From IMG/VR virus record IMGVR_UViG_3300021976_000009: a stretch of 64,000 bases of DNA; one strand, given 5' to 3'. The notes below the pieces were generated by a model. That model did no database searches and was not told where the DNA came from. It saw only the letters and a program-made list of their open reading frames with translations. Below are positions 61,010-64,000 of this stretch, one piece after another. This DNA is from an uncultured virus (IMG/VR IMGVR_UViG_3300021976_000009) (taxonomy: Duplodnaviria > Heunggongvirae > Uroviricota > Caudoviricetes). The position numbers were made by a program, and so were the translations under genes. The number at the start of each line of letters is the position of its first letter. Position 1 is the first letter of the stretch.

Positions 61010-61642
61010 ATGCCAGGGTTTCACAGCGACCTAAGCCAAAGTAAGGACTACTGTGATTTGCCAGAAAGGATTGACGAGGACGAGCTTGAACGGCGTGTCA
61101 TTGCCCTTCGGGCAGGGGACATGAGTCAAGTCAACCCTATTAGTATGTCGCTTTTGCGTCTCGTGATGAGCCTTGTCCAAAATTTCGCTCATCCTCGTCG
61201 CACCCCTGATTTAATCGGAACCGCCTTATTGACTCTAGTAGAGTCGGTGACGAATGCTGCCACTCAACTGAATGACAATAACATCGTGCCCTATGTCTCG
61301 GTCTCAGTGAGTATGAGACTGAAAGACGCCATCGGTCGGGATCACGTCGTCTGTGTTCCGCCAAGGCAATTGAGACGTTTACGGGCCAAGGGAATAGAAG
61401 TTACTGTTCCGATTACGGCTGACGTAGTTGACGTGATAGCAAAACCCTTCCGACCGTCTCTTGAATGCACCGAAATTCTCAGCAAGATTGCTCAATGTCG
61501 TCACGAGCAAATCTTAATTGAGTTGCGAAGTCAGCAACACAGTCTTGCTGAAATAGCTAATGTTATCGGTTGTAGTATTGGTACGGTACATCGAATGAAG
61601 ATGGACCTAAGGGCACGCTTCTCAACCTTGAATGATATCTAG
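61010..61642 (+). CDS. Second sigma-factor-like protein
   Basis: GD......L.LV...V...DL.....L.L (region 2-like); SLAEIANVIGCSIGTVHR (region 4 HTH). Confidence 0.7.
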   Translation: MPGFHSDLSQSKDYCDLPERIDEDELERRVIALRAGDMSQVNPISMSLLRLVMSLVQNFAHPRRTPDLIGTALLTLVESVTNAATQLNDNNIVPYVSVSVSMRLKDAIGRDHVVCVPPRQLRRLRAKGIEVTVPITADVVDVIAKPFRPSLECTEILSKIAQCRHEQILIELRSQQHSLAEIANVIGCSIGTVHRMKMDLRARFSTLNDI

Positions 61643-61654
61643 GAGTTTAAGGCC

Positions 61655-61882
61655 ATGGATGGCCACTTCTCTATTAGAAATTTGATTAGTATGAACTGCA
61701 TACTTTGCAATGAGCAAGCTGTCGCTATTTACTATTTCAGTAAGGGATGTTACTGCAAATCTAATAGAGACCAGCCACTTTGCTTCCATCATGCTATGAG
61801 GGCAACGCCCGTTCAAGGCGGGAGTAAGGAACTTGTAAAGGACTTGACACTTGACGGGTCTTTTACCAAACTCCTGAGGTAA
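61655..61882 (+). CDS. Small Cys/His-rich protein
   Basis: C..C, GC.C, LC.HH; RBS AGGAG. Confidence 0.5.
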   Translation: MDGHFSIRNLISMNCILCNEQAVAIYYFSKGCYCKSNRDQPLCFHHAMRATPVQGGSKELVKDLTLDGSFTKLLR

Positions 61883-61883
61883 C

Positions 61884-62081
61884 ATGATCCTAATCAACAT
61901 TCTCATCCTGCTATGTCTGTATGGAGCGTTCCTTGTGCTCCTATGGATGATTCTCAAATACTTCGGCGGCAAACTTGGTGTTGATGCTGACCTGATGAAG
62001 ATCATTTTCGGACTGATAGCATTGATGGTCTTCGTCTATCTCATCATTTACTATCCGCCGCAAACTACCAAGTTTCTCTAA
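61884..62081 (+). CDS. Two-TM small membrane protein
   Basis: Two hydrophobic helices; RBS GAGG. Confidence 0.7.
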   Translation: MILINILILLCLYGAFLVLLWMILKYFGGKLGVDADLMKIIFGLIALMVFVYLIIYYPPQTTKFL

Positions 62082-62140
62082 TAGATTAGTTCAAACGATT
62101 TCTCTAATAGATTAGTTCAAACGATTTCTCTAATAGATTA
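62073..62140. repeat. 26-bp tandem repeat TTTCTCTAATAGATTAGTTCAAACGA x2.6
   Basis: Read directly; each unit carries TCTAATAGA. Confidence 0.95.
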
Positions 62141-62166
62141 ACGTGTACTTTAACAGTAAATAGTGA

Positions 62167-62203
62167 TTTTCTAATAGATTCGAGTACCTTTAGATTAGAG
62201 AAT
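62167..62203 (-). promoter_or_regulatory. 38-bp composite element, copy 3
   Basis: Reverse complement ATTCTCTAATCTAAAGGTACTCGAATCTATTAGAAAA. Confidence 0.85.
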
Positions 62204-62242
62204 TCGTTAAGTGAAATGTTGTAATTTTGCGACATTTTATTG

Positions 62243-62271
62243 TTGCATAGTTCGCGCATTTATGTTACAAT
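62243..62271 (+). promoter_or_regulatory. Sigma70-type promoter (probable early promoter)
   Basis: TTGCAT-N17-TACAAT with extended -10 TG and AT-rich upstream DNA. Confidence 0.75.
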
Positions 62272-62304
62272 GATAGTGCAGGAGGCACCAGTGAGAATGG
62301 ATGA

Positions 62305-62342
62305 TTTCTCTAATCTAAAGGTACTCGAATCTATTAGAGAAA
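62305..62342 (+). promoter_or_regulatory. 38-bp composite element, copy 4
   Basis: TTTCTCTAATCTAAAGGTACTCGAATCTATTAGAGAAA. Confidence 0.85.
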
Positions 62343-62361
62343 GTGAAAGGGGGAAAGTAAG

Positions 62362-62637
62362 ATGGTCAAGTTCACGATCGACGAGCTACTCAATTTTAAG
62401 GCGGAGGAAAAGGCAATGAGTAAGGTTATTATTCTAAAAGAGTCAGCGCCATCGGAGTGCCAGCTTTGCCATGAGGCAATTACGGATTCATTCATTGACG
62501 GTCGTACTATCCAGGGTCCGTGGGGGTACATGTGCCTGAGGTGCCATCGGGAGCATGGCGTTGGACTTGGGACGGGCAAGGGCCAGATGTATGAGAAGCA
62601 GGCCGAGACCGGGAATTTCATCAAAACGCAGGGTTGA
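62362..62637 (+). CDS. Hypothetical zinc-binding phage protein
   Basis: C..C...F.DG.T..G.W..MC..C....G.GLG.G.GQ.Y. Confidence 0.75.
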   Translation: MVKFTIDELLNFKAEEKAMSKVIILKESAPSECQLCHEAITDSFIDGRTIQGPWGYMCLRCHREHGVGLGTGKGQMYEKQAETGNFIKTQG

Positions 62638-62717
62638 GTCAATTCGCCAGGGACGGCAACCTTACCCGGCATGATGCCATTTCTATTAGAGAAAGTTCAA
62701 TTACGGAGTTCAGTCTA

Positions 62718-62936
62718 ATGCCTTTCGAGTTCACAGCCGCCGAAGTGAAAAGTTTCCAGATGAGTTACGACGAGTTCGAGCGGCTCATGATCGACACCGG
62801 CATGGATGCCGATATGGTCGAGGCTCTCGTAATCTGGATGGGTATGGCCGATCAGCCTATGCTCAACATGGCCGAGATCATGCAGCGAATGGGTGGACTG
62901 GTTTTTACTCAGCCTGACATCCAGATCATTGATTAA
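62718..62936 (+). CDS. Hypothetical protein (start MPFEF)
   Basis: RBS GGAG after the repeat module. Confidence 0.6.
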   Translation: MPFEFTAAEVKSFQMSYDEFERLMIDTGMDADMVEALVIWMGMADQPMLNMAEIMQRMGGLVFTQPDIQIID

Positions 62937-62946
62937 GGAAAGTTAG

Positions 62947-63159
62947 ATGAAAAGTAACCTCTCGTTAGCTAATGACGTTGATCATCACCTGATCAAGTCC
63001 GTCTTCATGACGAAGGAAGAGGTGAACGCCCTCTTGAAAGAGGACGGCTTTACTGACACCACGCTCCAGTATTTCTGGCAGCGTCTCAACTATCCTGAGG
63101 GGAGTCCGGTTTCTATCTCGATCTTGATCCAAAACCTCGCCTCACTCGCCACGTTTTGA
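62947..63159 (+). CDS. Hypothetical protein
   Basis: Leader AAGGAAAGTTAG. Confidence 0.6.
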   Translation: MKSNLSLANDVDHHLIKSVFMTKEEVNALLKEDGFTDTTLQYFWQRLNYPEGSPVSISILIQNLASLATF

Positions 63160-63205
63160 GTGAGCCTACCCGCCAGGGATGGCAAATCTACTAGAGAAAG
63201 TTACA

Positions 63206-63487
63206 ATGTACGTGAGAACTACAATGAGATTCGATCACAAGATGCAACATGCCCTGCATACTTACCTGATGGCAAATTTTCCCATCAGGTGCATGGCTCC
63301 GATTATCGCTGAGTACGGCGGTATCCTGGTCGAATACTCAATCGGAGAGGGCGGAAATTTCATCGTCCAGTATCGTTTCAAAGAGGAGGATATCTGCCTC
63401 TATTGGGGTATGGATATCAATTACGCTGCCATGATGCGTATCAAGGAGATTTGCACTCAGCACGGTTTCATGGTCAGCGACGTTTGA
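63206..63487 (+). CDS. Hypothetical protein (start MYVRT)
   Basis: ATG just after the repeat module. Confidence 0.55.
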   Translation: MYVRTTMRFDHKMQHALHTYLMANFPIRCMAPIIAEYGGILVEYSIGEGGNFIVQYRFKEEDICLYWGMDINYAAMMRIKEICTQHGFMVSDV

Positions 63488-63533
63488 CCTTACCCGCCAG
63501 GGACGGTTCCCTCTAACTGAGAAAGTTACAGTT

Positions 63534-63611
63534 ATGCTGTTCAAAACCTGGGCCGTTATCATGACCGTTGCAATTATAGTTGCTACTATTTATTTAGGCA
63601 GCCAACTATAA
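63534..63611 (+). CDS. 25-aa hydrophobic mini-protein MLFKTWAVIMTVAIIVATIYLGSQL
   Basis: Fills the gap between two repeat modules. Confidence 0.55.
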   Translation: MLFKTWAVIMTVAIIVATIYLGSQL

Positions 63612-63656
63612 GGTTATCCGCCAGGGATGGCAAATCTTCTAGAGAAAGTAACTTTA

Positions 63657-63911
63657 ATGGGGGCATTGTACAAAGCACAGTTCGCTACACTGGAACAATT
63701 CCAGTTACATCGGAGCTTTGTCCGAGATGGATCGCGAGCACGTTATCACCTTACACAAGGTGCCCACACAATCGTTGTCTTCTATCGCAAGGATGAATGG
63801 TTTTTCCTGGTTCAATACCATGAGGAGAGCGGAGTCACACTTTACGTTCATACGGAGGAGTGCCGTTCTTACTGTGAGAAGATGATCAAAGCTAAGGGGT
63901 ACAATGTCTAA
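63657..63911 (+). CDS. Hypothetical protein
   Basis: ATG just after the repeat module. Confidence 0.55.
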   Translation: MGALYKAQFATLEQFQLHRSFVRDGSRARYHLTQGAHTIVVFYRKDEWFFLVQYHEESGVTLYVHTEECRSYCEKMIKAKGYNV

Positions 63912-64000
63912 AATCATCGTGCCTCCCGGCTTCAAATTGATTGAGTGTCCGCAGTGTGGCGGATATGGCGGTGAGCCAGGAAGTAATTTCGGAGATTACG
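63904..64000 (+). CDS. Partial gene (MSKIIVPPGFKLIECPQCGGYG...)
   Basis: RBS AAGGGG; CxxCxGxG; runs off the window. Confidence 0.5.
   Translation, partial: MSKIIVPPGFKLIECPQCGGYGGEPGSNFGDY

Larger units (their letters stand above)
62645..63652 (+). repeat. About 40-bp intergenic module repeated before small genes
   Basis: CCGCCAGGGAYGG...TCTANTAGAGAAAGTTAC-like copies at about 62660, 63165, 63488 and 63614, plus a half copy at 62645. Confidence 0.85.

Noticed and set aside
62073..62140. Possible mini-CRISPR array
   Set aside because: The units are identical head-to-tail with no unique spacers, and no cas genes are present.
63179..63656. Two proteins sharing the N-terminus MANLLEKVT
   Set aside because: This is a translation of the intergenic DNA repeat. 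Other copies do not keep the frame, so starts at 63206 and 63657 are more plausible.

Overview
This window is most or all of a tailed dsDNA phage genome (siphovirus-like). It has a GpA-type terminase, portal, P22-type capsid, tail tube and tape measure genes at 3.3-34 kb (+), a leftward primase/sigma/nucleotide-metabolism operon at 34-44.4 kb (-), and a rightward operon with ParB, SF2 helicase, PolA and NrdJ at 45-62 kb (+). An early-gene cassette region starts at 62.3 kb. A Planctomycete host is a weak inference from the style of the secreted proteins. The strongest unexplained signal is the odd-centred palindrome TCTA(A/T)TAGA. I hand-counted about 72 exact copies plus about 12 TCTA(C/G)TAGA variants, against roughly 1 expected by chance. 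The copies lie about every 0.9 kb, inside genes and at gene junctions, and are clustered into 38-bp composite elements that bracket the two main promoter regions. The genome also encodes three divergent ParB/Spo0J-family proteins, and no ParA or integrase is visible. Together this suggests a genome-wide ParB-type (Noc/KorB-like) DNA-coating or regulatory system in a phage. Other points of interest are a shared promoter motif at the head of the three large operons, an Acb2/Tad1-like hairpin fused to a helical-barrel protein, two apparently dead nucleases, the same beta-domain inserted in both capsid and tail tube, a papain-type protease where a lysin would be expected, and GC-rich 19-bp tandem arrays at the left end. 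All calls were made by eye from motifs; no database searches were run.
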